A stretch of DNA of 64,000 nucleotides from Paraphysomonas bandaiensis. Taxonomy: Eukaryota; Protista; Chrysophyceae. This document shows positions 24,807-39,700 of the stretch, one piece after another; within the stretch, counting starts at the first letter, position 1; every line of letters begins with the position of its first letter. Both the position numbers and the translations under genes were made by a program. Below the pieces are notes generated by a model, which was not told the origin of the DNA, did not search any database, and saw only the letters and a list, made by a program, of their open reading frames with translations. The DNA is taken from NCBI GenBank assembly GCA_965644295.1, contig CBFFRP010000136.1, forward strand, positions 186,001-250,000, in the 5' to 3' direction.

Positions 24807-25099
24807 TGTTTGCGCAATTAAATGCTGTGGTGTAAGAATACTGAATTATAACCGTTAATGTGAAAAATACAGTATAGCCAAATAGGGCATTAAAAATGAA
24901 TCATTACGAAGCAATTATATTGGAAAACAGAAATCGTGACTTTTTATGATAATGAATTATTAATTGACTTTGGAGTTAGGAGATGCTAATGATGAAGCTA
25001 ATATATGGATATATGGGTGTGAGTGTTTATCCTAACTTTAGTAAAGTGTGGTGTTTACAGTATTTACAGAACTAAGTGTCCAAATGTCAATTTTGAAAT
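24807..25099 (+). mobile_element. Old LTR relic related to the Copia-1 LTR
   Basis: tgtttgcgcaattaaatgctgt..gaattata.ccgtta..aatacagta..aaaac.gaaat and terminal aaatgtcaattt are colinear with the Copia-1 LTR. No TSD found. Confidence 0.55.
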
Positions 25100-25590
25100 G
25101 TATGTAATACATGGAAACGCATAACAGTACAAAAAGCACAATATGAAGTAGATACCTTAAAATAAGCGAAAAGTAAAAATATCCTTTGTAAAGTTGTGGT
25201 AGCATTCTTTATTAACTAGGTCGAAAAATAGATCCCGCAATCTTTTGCATAGGTTGTACGAGGAAGAGTTAAGCTGTCTGAGCAAGCTTATAAAATCGGA
25301 AGTTTATTAAAGTAGGAGAGCTATCGTAGTGTAGTTGTCAATTACAATAAAAGGATAATATCAGGCTACATTTTCTCCGTGAATCTATAAATGGTCGAAA
25401 ACTTGTTCTTGAGGCAAAAAAGAGACAATTATTGCGTATGAGTTTAAAACGCAATGGTAATTTGCCACCGCTTTTGCTACAGCAATGTAATTTAGGTTAG
25501 AACATTTTATAGTACCCCGCTGTCAGATACGGAGCTATTCAGTGCCACCGGCAAAAATTTACCGTTGGCCACTAGCCACCAACCATATTT

Positions 25591-26362
25591 CAGGGCTGCG
25601 TATCAATTAATTGACAAGTAATTGACGCAGATTGTAGGTAACTATAATTGCAATTATTGCTTGCTGTCTCAATTTCAATTATTTGCAATTATTTAGTACT
25701 AAATTACATTAGCTGCCTCTATAGCTACCTCAACACACACAGACTGTCTTGTTCTTCCACAGGCGACGGTTCATGCGTAAAGTATAAGTAGTAATACTCT
25801 TGTGCATATCAGTCATAACAATCTTAGCTCTACTGAACAACCATTCAACCCTATTGGTTGTGGCATGCGAGTGCTTTACGGTAACGAGTTTGCTGATTAA
25901 GACGTGCTCGCTTCCGTTGCCTGCTACCATCAATCTAACGTTGCGCTGCGCCGTCATTCTGAACTACACTCTCACTGTCATTATCTTCTTCATCCTCATC
26001 GAGCAAAAATATTTCAATTTTAATGTTCCTTTTTGCTGCGCGTCCACCCATCAACAATCAAACCGAAATTCATAGAAAGCATTGCAAGTTCATTTATTTT
26101 CTCAAAAAACAGTCGTGCATTGACTTCAGGTGTACCAGTTTATCGATCACATCGCCAATTATTTAAATAAATTATATGGGTATTATAGTTAATCTTCTAT
26201 TTTTATCATAAAAATTGGATTTTCGCAATAAAAATACCTTTTTTTAGTATCAACTTTTCAGTATAAGAAGCTGGAGTCTATTATAATTGCAACTATGATT
26301 CGATGGCCCAAATTCAACTATTGCAATTTCAATAATTGACAATTAATTGATACGCAGCACTG
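25591..26362 (-). mobile_element. hAT family B non-autonomous element
   Basis: TIRs cagggctgcgtatcaattaattg / caattaattgatacgcagcactg; internal remnant TTNRVEWLFSRAKIVMTD of the hAT C-terminus. Only a degenerate TSD is present (ccatattt/cctttttg). Confidence 0.85.
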
Positions 26363-26406
26363 CCTTTTTGTACTATCATGTGTCATGACTGGAAGTCTGT
26401 ACGGAG

Positions 26407-26748
26407 TATTGAGAATTGCTCATTTTAAGCTAGATCACAGAGAGAATTTGTCGTAAGACTAGATAGATTTATTAATATCGTTTACACGAAGTTGTGATAA
26501 CCAACACTAACTCATTATAATCCCTGCATAATATTCTACATATGCGAACCTCTCGTTACTGAACATATCTTGAAAGATCAAACTATTTCAGTTTCTCAAT
26601 ATCATCACAGCATTTGTACATCACTATATTTCACTGTATTCTCGTACATTGTCTTCAAGTGACATACTGAATATACTAGAATAAGATCCATATTCTAATA
26701 CGGAGATATAATTTTACATTTTACTCTCTATATATTATGCATACAACA
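26407..26748 (-). mobile_element. Solo-LTR-like relic related to the Copia-2 LTR
   Basis: The minus strand starts tgttg and ends aatctatctagt..ttctct..gatct..aaaatgagcaattctcaata, resembling the Copia-2 LTR 3' end (aaaatggtcaatactcaata). Length ~340 bp; no TSD. Confidence 0.55.
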
Positions 26749-27275
26749 GACCATAGGAACCAACTGGATAGCACCTTCACTTGTTGACTAGTTTGTACTG
26801 GGTATTTATCTGTGTTGTGGTCATCATTTTCTCAAACTACTAATCAGAATTGTCCACATCGACAAAGCGTGACTCCCAAAAATGAATTTCCACAGCTTGT
26901 ACCGACTGGTAAATCACGCTACACAATCGCTTGTGGCTCGTCTATAATTTTTAGACTACGCTGGCGTCCACCTACTTCATTCTTGCAACAAGTTAAATGG
27001 AATTTTGAGCACTTATCCCACAATGAGTATTAGTAAAAATGGCATATTGACCTACGACTGCGAAAAAGACAAGGTTTGGTATATAAATTATAGCAAATAT
27101 CCGTTGAACTAAGACGGTACGTTATTATTGGGAGTATGAATAAGTCCTACTAACTAAACTAGAGTCAGTAAAGTCATGCATGATGGTCCGTAACACAGAT
27201 TCTAGACGGTTGAAAACTTCCTATGGTAGTCAGATTCCACCCAATCATACATATATGATACTGTGCATTTGGCAT

Positions 27276-30236
27276 TTATTTTCGCATACTTTGCAACTTC
27301 ATCATAACCTGAAAAAAGTGTAACAAGCGGAGAAAATATCAATTTTATATTACCTGTCGGGTCCATTCTGCGATTTCTTTTATGTCTTCGTCCTGAGACC
27401 CTTCGTGCAAGATAGAAGCTACGTAGGGGTCACTCAAGACGGGGACCATTTTTTGGCCAAAGAAATCTCCCAGATCGCCCAGCAGCGCTATGGATGCTTT
27501 GAGTACTTGTGGTGACTTATGTGGGTCCGTAGAGCTGCGTTTGACGAATTCGAGAATACTCTCACAATGGGGTATCACTACGTCCTGCTTATTACTCGGC
27601 TGAAGACCCTATCATCAACCTTTACCGAGCTGTATACATAATAACGCTTGTGAGATACCTGTACGATACCAATGTAAGCATCAAGAATAGATTCTCTCAA
27701 ACTATTAATGTAGTCGATCATCTCGTCGTCATCAGTAGTGATCGAGACCTCTCCAGCTTGCTGCAGCATGCGCAGAACAACTGGGCAGTAGCGCTCGAAT
27801 TCACCCTCCAAAGCCATTGACAAGTCAGAAAAGGCGGAGAGTACGTGTGGTTTCACACTCCTGGTAAGAACAATCAGGGCAACCATCGAAAAAAACAATA
27901 CCACACAAAAAGACACTCACCGCTGAAGATTTTGTGACTGCAGGAGCTCAAGTAGAATACGTACTATATCGTCACAGTACGGTAGCATTTCAGCACCCAG
28001 AGCCCTGCAGAGGTCCCCAATAACTCCCACCGAAACCGTGCACACCTGATGTTCTTCTACGTTATTCAGTCCATTGAACAGTGCTGGCATGAAGTGGGTT
28101 ATGTATCGCCCAAAATCGCGCTCTAGCTTGTCGGCAAGGTAGCCTACCATAAGGAAAGCATCCTCATGGGCGACTGCGGCTTTGGTAGTAAACACCTGCA
28201 ATGTGAGGGTCATTATTCTATCGGCTAAAGGCATTATTTCGGTCTTTGGCAACTTTTGCACACAGTGACTGATTAAGCTGCACAACATAGACTGGAGTTG
28301 CATGCGTTCCTGTTGGTCTGTCTGGCCAAGAAACGTCCTCTCCAAGCGTGAAAGAGCCTCGTTGAGCATCGAGAGCACAGTGGGAGCCATATCCGCTGCA
28401 CTATTCTGCACAAGCATATTGATGGCTTCAAAAGCAGAGGAACGTAGGTTATTGCAGTCCCAATCCTCACGGTTGGTGGTAAGCAGTAGTTTCTCAAGCA
28501 TATGAGGCATGTATGGAGATAAAACATTGGTTTCAGAGTCAGCATCAGAGCTGCACGCTTCGGCAATATTGAGTACGGCAGTACACCCCTGCACTGCAAC
28601 GCGTGAATATTCGTCCTCCAAAGTCTGAGAAAGTGTTGAAAATAGGGTTGGAATCATGTCAGGGGAAATTGCTCTATTATGATACTCGCAAACCCGTCCA
28701 ACAGTCCAAGTGGCTGAGTCCCGAACAAGCTCCGAGCTGTCTCTTACACACTGAAGCAGCGTCGGCAACGCAGATGCAACGATAGGGGTCAGTTTTTCCT
28801 CAGAGGGGCCGTTCATAATGGCTCCGAATGCCATGATCGAGGCCTCTTTGAGTCTCCACTCTCCACTCATGATGTTGCTACTGATAAAAGGTATTACCAG
28901 GTCCACAATCTGGTCCTCTACCACCAATGCCAGTGCTTCTAAGCACGTGGCACCAGCCATTGAAATATTCCATGAATCGTCTGAGGAATCATCCTCTTGT
29001 TTTGTCAGAGTCTCAAGCAGGATAGGAGTCAGATGTTGAGCGCACTGTTCCGTAATGCGTAAATACTTAACTTCTCCGTGGTTTGGTTCCTTCAGTTCCT
29101 CTACCAAGTCGCTCTCCACATCACATATCGTAGACCAGAACTCTACTGCCCTCTGTCCTACCAACTGGTCATCGGCCTTAATGGCACTTGCAGTAAGATT
29201 GAACAGTGTATCCATATATTGCCCGAGATTTTCGTAGTATAGCTCAGCGACAAGCGCAAGACCCTCGAATGCTTTCATGCGCACTTGTATGTCAGAGCAC
29301 TGAGTTGCTTCGCATAGTACCTGCATGATGGCATTTCGTTCATTTTCTATCTTGAAATTATTAGTGGTAAAGTGTAGCGAGTTACACATGGCTGTTACTG
29401 CGGCCTTTCTGATCTCGTTCTCTCGGTCTGCACGCATACCATCTACAATAGTGTTGAGGATGACGTCAACTACATCTTTTTGGATGCTATCAGGGTCCAT
29501 CTCCTCACACATGTATCCAAGCGCCTATATAACCCGCAGGTAGGAGTCACGTTTTTTCAAAAAGATATGTGAAATTTACCTCGAGTGAGGATACTTTCGT
29601 GAGCATTGGGGATTCAGGAGAAGAGACATTGCTGAAGAGAGTAGGTAGCAGGTTTTGCCACTGACCCATAGGTGCATCGACCGCACCAAATGCTGCTACC
29701 ACTTGTGCCGCGGTGTGACCGACGATTCGAACGGGGCAAAGTAGACCTTGTAGCATCTGTGGTTATAAATAAATACAGGTAAACAGCATTGTTTGATATA
29801 CTTACGCCTGCTCGAATCTGCTCCCTCACAGCAGGATCGCAGTTCAGCCATCGCTCCCTCTTCATTTGAAGAATTTTCTCATCCTGAAAATATAATAACT
29901 CCAATAATACTTATATACAAAATATTCCTACTTGTGCAGTGATGAGATTCTTCATATACAGACCAGCCAATTGTCTGTTGCCGTCTGGCTTCCCATCTGT
30001 AGCTAACTCCGAGCAAAGTGCCAAAAGGAATTCACCCTTAAAGATATAATCAAAATATTTTAATCTCATAAATATAGGAGCATACATATTGCTGCTCCAC
30101 AGCGTGATTCAGCTGTGTCTCTGCGGGTATACGGACATTGGGGTCTGCAATATCAAATAATTAATTCCATCTATTAAAATCATTGAAAAAACTAACCCGG
30201 GCTCTGAGCATTTTGTAGGGTAGTGTGCAAATCCAT
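27276..30236 (-). CDS. KPNB1: Importin subunit beta-1 (karyopherin beta), multi-exon
   Basis: IBN_N start (LQNAQSPDPNVRIPAETQL; RQLAGLYMKNL), LEALGYMCEE, LTKQEDD..DDSWNISMAGATCL, WRLKEASIMAFGAIMNGP, VRDSATWTVGRVCE, VKPHVLSAFSDLSMAL. Confidence 0.96.
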
Positions 30237-30770
30237 TGCAAATTGTTGAAATGTATTATACTGCACGATCTCAGAGTTAAATCAGACCGATGTACAGACT
30301 TTATGGCCTAAATATTTTGAAATCAGCAGAAATGAATGTCCAAAACTCTCAATCTTCTCTGTTGTTTCGTTGGTGCGGGGCATTCATATTACAGCACACA
30401 CTGCTGATGATGATGTCGTTCGAGAAGAAAATGGGTATCATTTGCGGTCATTTTATCTTTTCATTTTTTTAGTTAAGTAGATATTAGCCCACATTGGGTG
30501 GTTGATCGAATCAAGTAGAGGATTTGTATATTAGAGGTATATGATTGGATAGATGACCATGCGAGGAATTGAGTGATAATACGAAGTGGTGAAGTGATAT
30601 ACATGAGCAGTGAAGTGATCTCACTATATATATGTGAGAGGATTCATACGGAGTATATTTAACAGGATATGTATGAGAGGGGAGGGAGTGGTATGGGGCA
30701 TGTATTATAATCAACTTGTGCTATCTGATCTTCAAGAACACTTTATTCCATAATGCTATGATTTGAGGAC

Positions 30771-33700
30771 ATGGCAAATTGCAGTGGTATCGTACAGTGG
30801 CTGCGATCAGATAAGATCACTATAAGGGCTAAGGGAAAGAAGAAACTCCTAGAATTCATATCTCTTGATCGAATATTTGTCTGTGGTAATGACAGACAGT
30901 GGTGGGATATCATCCGTGCTGTGATTGAGTGGGAATGCAAAGAGCTCACAGCAAGTCGAGGAAAAAGAAGAGACTGTGACTCTGAGAACGCTGTGTTTGT
31001 GAGGCAGACTATGCGGCATGGTTTGGATTTGTGTCACTTATCACCCAAAAAGTGTGCAGATATAATAAATCACGTGTTGTCGATGTTGTGCAATAAAGAC
31101 TTAAGTCAAACATATCACAACGAGCATTTGTCAATCTTGCACGAATGTTTAGAAAACATGAAGTTTGTCTCTGCCATTGAGCTGCAGGAGACACTTAATG
31201 TGTTAAATTTTATGAAAGGATATGTGACTGAAAGAAATGTGAGCTCACGCGAAATTGTTCGGATAATGCAGGGCCTTGCACAGACCACCCTCAAGGAAGG
31301 CCATTCTTCAGGAATTATACCGGCATTATTGGAGTGGTTCCAACAACTTCTCCAGGAGACTCCGGTATCCTCACCATCGTTTGACAAACTTCTTCCGGCA
31401 TTATGTGATGCGCATACGACAGTACTAGATCTGCATGGTATTGACTGCGTTTCAGAAATATTCCGATATGTGGATGGACTACTCGTTGCTATTTCCAGAG
31501 TGTTGCCGCAGCTGTCGGTATCGGGAAGAGATCCTCTTCTTCGTCTACTCCTCAGCTACATCCGCACATGCTGTACAGGGTCTTGTGGATTGCGGCTATG
31601 CACTGCGGATCCGCTCAAGAAATCGTTGAACCAATTACTTGAGGTTGTTTCACACACCGACTTCCTCAAAGGCCTGATGGTGCACATGCGCAGCCAGTAC
31701 ATGTCCAGACACAGCACAAGTACAGCAACACAATCCTTGACTCCACCTACAAACGATACTTTTGTCAACTACTTGGAAGATACACGCTTTAACCTTCATT
31801 TGGAAGTGATTGCATCACTGACTTCTGCGGCAGCGTCTCAGAGCGATTCTTGCACCAATTGTTGTCCCATTCATTGCGAATTATTTCGCGCTATCGAGAG
31901 CTCTCCTTCTCAATTTAGTCACTCTGGAACTCACGGAAATAACTATTCACAGAGTTATCTATCTATGCCTAGTAGTACTTCAAGACCAGTGGGAGGGACA
32001 AGCGCTAATCAAGCTGTGGTTGAAAGCCGTCTCTATCTTCTACATGCCCTCTGCACAACACCTTTTCGACGGTACACACTGTGTCCTCCTTGTGCCCACC
32101 CTAAGAACGACTCCAACGACATTTTTTTGGCGTGTGAATTAGTGAGATGGGTTCACCTCTTGCGAAATCAATTGTTCAATCACATTCGAAATAGGTCGCC
32201 CTCCCAGTTGTGTGGAGCTATACTCACAGCCCTTGAGGGGATTGCAATTGCGTCTTACTCCCTTAGTGTTGAACACTCCAAGCTCAGAAGTGCGTGGTCT
32301 GACTTTGTTGAAACTCTAATTATTAGTGAAGTGACATGCAGCTTGTTGCGTGGTCCTGTGTCGCGATCGTCTCTCCCTGAAAGTCTCTTGAAATTACTTA
32401 CGTTCTTGTTGGAGTCTAAACTCTTGCATGAACCCGCTATTTATGCTCTTATGCAACATCTCTGGGCAAACAGTGCATGTCTGAGAGATCTCAGACTTGT
32501 GGAGAGCTGTTGCTTCTTCCAGCTTTTGTCGCATTTGCTGCTCACATCATCGTCCATTGAAGCTGTACGAAGTATTGCCTCGGCCTCATTCGAGAACTCA
32601 ACTGATGAGTGTGGCACTTCAAGTACTAACAATGAATGGTTAGCACATTTACATGAAGGTAAGCCTGTGCGAGGAGTGCTCTGTGCCACCCTGTGGCTAG
32701 ATAGTCTGCTGGAGGCACCTTCTAATCAACGCGTTTCTGCTCTCGCCCAGGTACCGGGGTATATTTATGGGCTAAAGGCGCTTGCTGCGACATCACTAGG
32801 TCTCAACCGCGTTTGTACTGATGGGGGTAGAGAGAACTGGGAGTGTATTTTTGCTCGCGAAATGGATGGTATACTCTTAGGACGGGTAAACTGGTGTGAA
32901 CGGTCTGTTCTGGACCGTGTCACAGCGTATGCATCATTACAAGAAAAGGAAGTAGAGAGTGCGATGGACTGCGCCGGTTCTGTCTTCACTCCTAACGCTG
33001 TTTTTGAATCCGCAACCACGGCACTGGATATGTTGTGCGTCTTGTATAGACGTGTGGAGGCTAAGGCTGTTGGTGAGCTCTCACTGGATGAAACCGTTGA
33101 GCACGTGACATCCTGGCAATTGGTGAGCTTATTTCTGGCCGCTGTATATATTGCTATCGCTGAAGCAGTTGGAAGCATGGGTTTGCGTAATGAGCGCATG
33201 GAACACATCGTTCGAGATTCACTAAAGCAATTCTGGCTCGTAATGCGTATGATTTTTAATGCTTTATCCTCCCGCCCTTGCCTTCTTCGTGGCAACACAG
33301 GCTCCACAGGAACAGTTGAATATGTGTCTTGCTGTAGTGCACTTGTTGCAAGGGCGGCTTGTGTAGGTGGGACAACCCGTTCTATAAATGGATCCGATAA
33401 TTCTCGTAAGTATATGGTTGAGTGTTGCGATGAGATGTTGTCATACATACCACTTGTGGTCAACGAAGCAGTAGGGGATGATTACACGACAGCAGGGTCT
33501 GCGACCTCTATGGGCATGCGGCGTGGAGTCTCTGGAAGTACTCTGCGTAGCAGCTCACGCGACATTTCAGATACTGGTGATGATTTTGATGTCTTTATGG
33601 AATGCATTGGGCCCAAACAGCAGTTTCAGGACATGCCCTCATGTGAGGGAATTGTATCAGACATTAGCCAAACAGATCTCAGGCTATTGTTTAGTGACCA

Positions 33701-36700
33701 CCAGATTCACATAGTTTGTTCTACTGCAGCAGCTGTTGTATGTAGTAATCCGACGCAAGAAACGCTGGAAATGCTTTTGAACGTGTTGACTACAGTGTCT
33801 GATGGTGGACGAAAGTATCGCTTGCCATCTGAAGTGGCACTGTATATAGGAGAAAGAATAGGAATGGTATCGAGTGCACAGGGCGTTTTTGACTTCGTTA
33901 AGTATAATACTTGGGAGGAGGACTGGGGATTCTTGGGTTACTACAAGGCACTCTGTGTGATTCGTGAGCTCTCGTTTAGGGAAGAATACTTTCGGCAAGA
34001 TGATTGCAGTGTAGTTATTGAAATGATATTTCCTAGCAATACCTTACTTCAGGAATATCTGGTTATGTTTTGGAGAGCTAGGGTCTTGCAGCTAGAGTGT
34101 GCTGCGAGAGCTTTCTGTCTGTACCCTGAAAAATACAAGCAACAGATGGGCGATGTTGTCCTGCAGAGTTTGTTGGATATTGATACCCGAGTACGCTCAA
34201 CTGGGCAATATATGCTATCGTTGTTGTTTCGGTTTCTCAAGAACCATTCTATCATATACTCGACCGTGAGAGATCATATCGATGTAGATAGGACCATATT
34301 CGACTGCATCACGCTCCAGACTTATTCTCCTGAAGGGTTATATACTGGAGAGGCTCATATTCTTGACGACTGTGTCGTGTCTCGTGTGCTGGCTTGTACA
34401 CGCTGTGGTATGGCAAGCAGGCGAGTGCTCCATTTGGCTCTGCGTGACGTCCTCTATCTCTGTGGCCTGCACCCTCAGTGCCGGCAAGACAATGCCATAC
34501 ATATTTCACCCTTGTCTTCTGTTAATGACACCTTGAGGCTGTGTGTAAAACATATGGCACGCTGCAATGGATATTCTTCTGAGGGCTTATTGCTTCGTGA
34601 CCACTTGGAATGGATAGTTCAAGAGTGGCTAAAAGTACACAAGCACGAGTCTGAAGAGTTATGCTATAAAATACAGTACTTTCCCTTCTATATATTTGGT
34701 TATGATTCATTGTCTGTATGTTTGTCGGAACTGAGTAGTGTTATTGTCCCGCTGATATGTTCGTTGGAGCCATGGATACACAGGTGGAATACTTTGTCGG
34801 CTTATGCTGAGCAATGCGGGTTTGGTCAAGAGGACTCATCGCTTGCCTTGATTCTGCGCCAGAACATTGTGAGTATCAAAAGTAGAGAGATATTGTTATC
34901 AAGTGGCTTCTATAATTCTCCTCTTGGTATTGAAATTACGTGTCACAGTGAAAGTGATTGTAAATCTCAGGCACGGTACCTTAAGTTGTTCATTGATCGA
35001 ATGTCGAACCTTGAGGAACTACAACGATTTGCACGGAAAAACTTGACTGACGTTGTTTACCAGTTGCTTATGCTGGTTGCTTTCGATCCTGACTTATCTC
35101 GTGTTGACGATGTATTGTCTGGATCTATTTTTGGTGACATGAATCACATAGTATGGTACGAAGAGTATGAGAAGCAGCTGACATGCTTACTTAATTTCAC
35201 TGCAAGAGAATTTCAGCTGACCAATTTTGTGTCCCTGGTGTGTGATGTGAATGCTCTTTACTTACTTGCTCAACTTCGCACTCATATACGAGAGACCCGC
35301 AATGATTTCACGGCCTTTTTTCTTTCGTGCTCTGTGTGTTACATTTCTGGCTGTGTAGTATCTGATAGCTTTTTAGTAACTCAAGACGCCAACGGCGGGG
35401 CGGGTTTGATATATCGTTCCGTCATAGCCTGCTTATTTACATGTATTGAGTGTTTTCCACAAAGTATATTCATCGTGATAAATTGCGTGTCGAATGTTGT
35501 TAGTTCCGTAACTGCATTTTTAAAGAGTAAGCGCATTCCGTCGTGTTCCTTTCAAGCAATTGTTCCGGACATGTTTGCAGAAATTTTATGTCTGCTTTAT
35601 GTAATTACAATGAAGGAAAACAACCTTTCTCTAAATCCCACTTGTGCAGTTAGGGATGGGCATTTGAGTATGAGGTATGCCGCACTGATGGAGTCCGATG
35701 TATTTTGTCCCGACAAGTGTTCTGAAATTTTACATAGACTTCGTGCCACCATTTTAGAAATGCTGGAATGGGGGAAATTGGACAAGGCCTGCTCTGTGTC
35801 CATGTGTCTTCCTCTTCCTTGTAGCGTGCTATCTGTTGTTAGTGCCGATGGTTTCCTGTGCGACTCCTTTAAACATCAGGATACCAACTCACCAAACGTG
35901 GTCCATCGCATTGAGTATTTTGATGATGTGGTGTCGGCAATGCTGGGAGGGCAGTTAGTTGCAAAAGGCTTGATATGGCTGCAACTTCATGAAATCAAGG
36001 AAATGTTGCAACCGCAAACATGCTCTGACCAGGTAGCTGGCGAGGCTCTCTGGCGGAAAGATGTTGATATTGTTGCATCCTTTGTTGCGTCTTTGTTATC
36101 TTTGGGCAATTCTGAAGGGATAGTGGAGGTCTCCAAGAATTTACAAACCGATATTGCGTATGTTCTCGGAAGTTTAGGATTTGTTGATTTACATTCCATA
36201 GGTCACGGTAAATTGATGTCGCGACCAATTGCGGAATATGACCCACAGGCATTAAAAATGAGGTTGTTGTCTAAACTCATGCTCAGTATATGGGAGGGGG
36301 GCACTGATGTTGCGAGAGCATCGTTAGGAGCGATTCGCAACGTTCAATTTACTGGATGCATGGCGTCGTATGTGTCCGATGTGCAGAATGCTCGAGATAG
36401 TTTTTTGTCTGTGACTTCGATTCTGAGCAAGAGTCTTGTTCCCTTTCATTACGAATATCAAAGGCACTCGGCCGACCAGTCATCCGAAGCATGGAGCAGC
36501 CGAACTTGGAGTACAGCAGGGAAGGATTATGATATGTGGTTAAAAAATCTCGTTGCGACATTGTTGTCGAAATGTTATTGTGGCCTTCAAGAGAATTCAG
36601 TTGGTCCACCCGTCTCAGCAGTAAATACAGGAGGCCAAAGCAAGTCCAGTCTCAGTGGAAGTGACGTTTTCCTGTCATGTTTTTTACAAGTCTCTAAAAC

Positions 36701-39700
36701 TTCGACTGTTGTTGCAGAGTGCCTCTTCCCTCTTATATTATTTGACCTCCTTAGTCACGATGATTCGTCAGGTAGAGTGGCAGAAAAAGTAGGATATTTG
36801 ATGAGAACACACCTATTCAGCAAGGATTGCACATTGCCTGCAGCAACACGTATTGGGTGTGACTGTATGGTGTTCATCCTGCGTCAGAATATTTCGAAGC
36901 ATATCGAAAATTCTTTACAACGGAATAGGAAACGCCCTCTGGAATCACAGAAGTCCAGCAGGAGAGAAGACACGTGGTCGCTTCCATATTCAACTGGCCT
37001 CAACATTGACTACAAAATTGTGGCAGAAGCTGCTCTCCGATGTGGGTATGTGTGTACTGCAGAGCTGTTTGTTGAACTTGCAGCTGAGGCTATACGCGGT
37101 GATGTTGTCCAGCACAGTATTTCCTCTCGCAGAAGCCTTATTAATGGTGACGAGGATAACAGCATCGCTCACCTTGCCGACTTGCAGCTTCGTATATATA
37201 AGGATGTACACAACCCGGACGCTATCTTCGGGGTGACTCAGAGTTCAGATTTGTCCACACAGGCCCTTGTGTATTCTCACACGGGCCAGTGGACGGAGGC
37301 GCTGGCTGCATATGACTGTATTGCTCAGTGTGGGGGCATTTTCTCCCGCGCTAAAACTGATTTCGAGGCAGCGCAGTATGGGACGGCACAATCTCTTCAT
37401 GCTTTAGGCTATCGTTCTGTTTTGCAAAGGTATATCTCGGCACCTACTTTCGGTAGCGAGCCGGAATCTTCTCAAAGTCTCTTGGATAGTACAACGAGTG
37501 CACTCTCTGAACAAGGTGTCAAATCCGCTCTGCATCTCAGTCAGTGGTCTTGTGGGACAATGCACCAAATCTTTGACTCTACGTGTGCACAGAAACCACC
37601 TATGTCTCTTCGTTCCAATGTTAATAATTATGATTTCATCAGCAGTAGTATTACCGCTGCTCTTCGAGATATTTGTTCTGGGGACAGAGTTAGTTCACAA
37701 AGTCGAATTGACGCCTGTATTCGCATGTTTTTTCCTCGAGTTACTGACCTATTTCAAGAAGAAACGTCAAAGAGTATGATGATTCAGCTGGCCGATTTAC
37801 AGCAGCTCGTAGAAGTTGGGGAGGCGATAAGCCTCGTAAATCCCAGGAATGAAACTGATCTCCATACAACTCTATCTCATGCTCCTATAAACGCTGAAAG
37901 TTTAAATAAAATAATTAATTCGTGGAGAGGGAGGTTGTCATGCACATTCAGTGACTCTGTGTTTTGTGAAACGATTTTGTCGTTGCGGTTATCGATACTG
38001 TTTTCGTTGCTTGGTTCTCGCTGCATTGAGTTCTCTCATTTTTTGCTCTTATTAGATCAAGTCCACGATGCTATCGACTCAAAGAATGCTGCCCATGCAC
38101 TTAGCCCTATTCTCTACAAAATTCGCGGCTTACTTGAGACATCGTCTGGTGCCCGTACATCGACTGCTAATGTCACCAATGTATGCCCGTTTCCAACAAT
38201 TTCTGTAACCAGTGCTACTAAAGCACGCTATGCGATGCAGGAAGCTCGCCTGTTATGGAGTAAGGGTTTACACGACGTCGCGCTGAACACCATGGTAGGT
38301 GATGCCATTGCCCCACTCAAAAGGGTGTTGTTAAAATCAAGCCGCACGAGAAGAGATTGGGGTGAATCAGAAGATTCCGCTATTTCAGATTCTCTATCCG
38401 AGGCGTATCGCATCAGTGGTAATTGGTTGTCGTCGAAGAAAGGGGCAAGTGGATCGCAAATTGTGACTTCTTTTTTTATGCCAGCTGTGAAAGCGGCAAG
38501 ATCAGTGTCTCAGAAAGTTGGAGCTCATTTGTCGTTGGCTCGTTTTAACCTTCATTTACATCACACTGTTAAAAATCGAGTAGGGAGTGCGGAATGGATT
38601 CAGGGAAAGAAGGTATCAGAAGACAGAAAATATGAGTATGAGCAGTGCTTGGCACTATACAAAGCAAAATATCCTCGGGAATCAGCCGTGAGAAAATCTG
38701 ACAAGGCTGAAGAGTTGGCACTCAAAAGGCACATGGTGGTGCTCAAGAAGGAGTTAAGTATAGATGCTAAAGAGCGCGAAGCAGTGGAGAATTCAGTTCA
38801 AGACCACCTTATTAATGCACTCAAAAACTATAAGGAGGTTTTGGCCTTGTCAAAAGAGTCCGATATGGATACAATTTTTCACGTTATTAATATTTGGTTT
38901 CAGTATTCAGAATCGAAGGAAGTAAACGACGTGTTTAGGGATATTGTGTCCGAGACCGCAAGCTTCAAGTTTGTTTCTCTAACGTATCAAATAATGTCTC
39001 GATTGGATGGATCTGGAGATGCTGGTAAAAGTAGTCTGCAACGAACATATCCTGTATCAACTGATGGAAAAGCAGCAGTGCGGGATGTACCATCACCTTG
39101 TGCTTCCGATTTTCAGTCAGTACTACGTAATCTTTTATTTGCTCTGTGTCGGGACCATCCATACCATACTCTTCCTCAACTTTTTGCACTTGTCAATGAG
39201 AAATTGAAGTTAGATAATATTTCAGATGGTTATAATGTTCTATCGTCAACATCTACTTCTGGACATGAAGGCTCTACTAGGATTCAGGCAGCTAGAGGTA
39301 TACTGCATAGGCTAAATTCTGAGTTCTTGTCAACGGGACGATATGCTAATTTGGTTGAGTCTATGGACCTGGTTTTCCGCACTTATATCGAACTCTCTCT
39401 CACAAGTGTTGAGCAGTGCATAAACGACAAAAAAACTAAGGACGTTAGATTTACTGCTTTACATCAGTATCGTGGTAAAGTCCCTTTCCACCAGCGCATT
39501 GGAAGTGTGCGATCATCTCGTGCAACTTATGACGCGCCGTCGACCTGCATTCCTGTGTTGACGAGAAGCCAAGCAATCCATGCAGATTGCGACTATAGTG
39601 ATGCTGTCTTTATCACAGGATTTGCTGATACCTTCTCTCTGACGGATTCTGGTCTCTCTCGACCAAAGATAATTAAATGTGAAGGAAGCGATGGGAGAAT

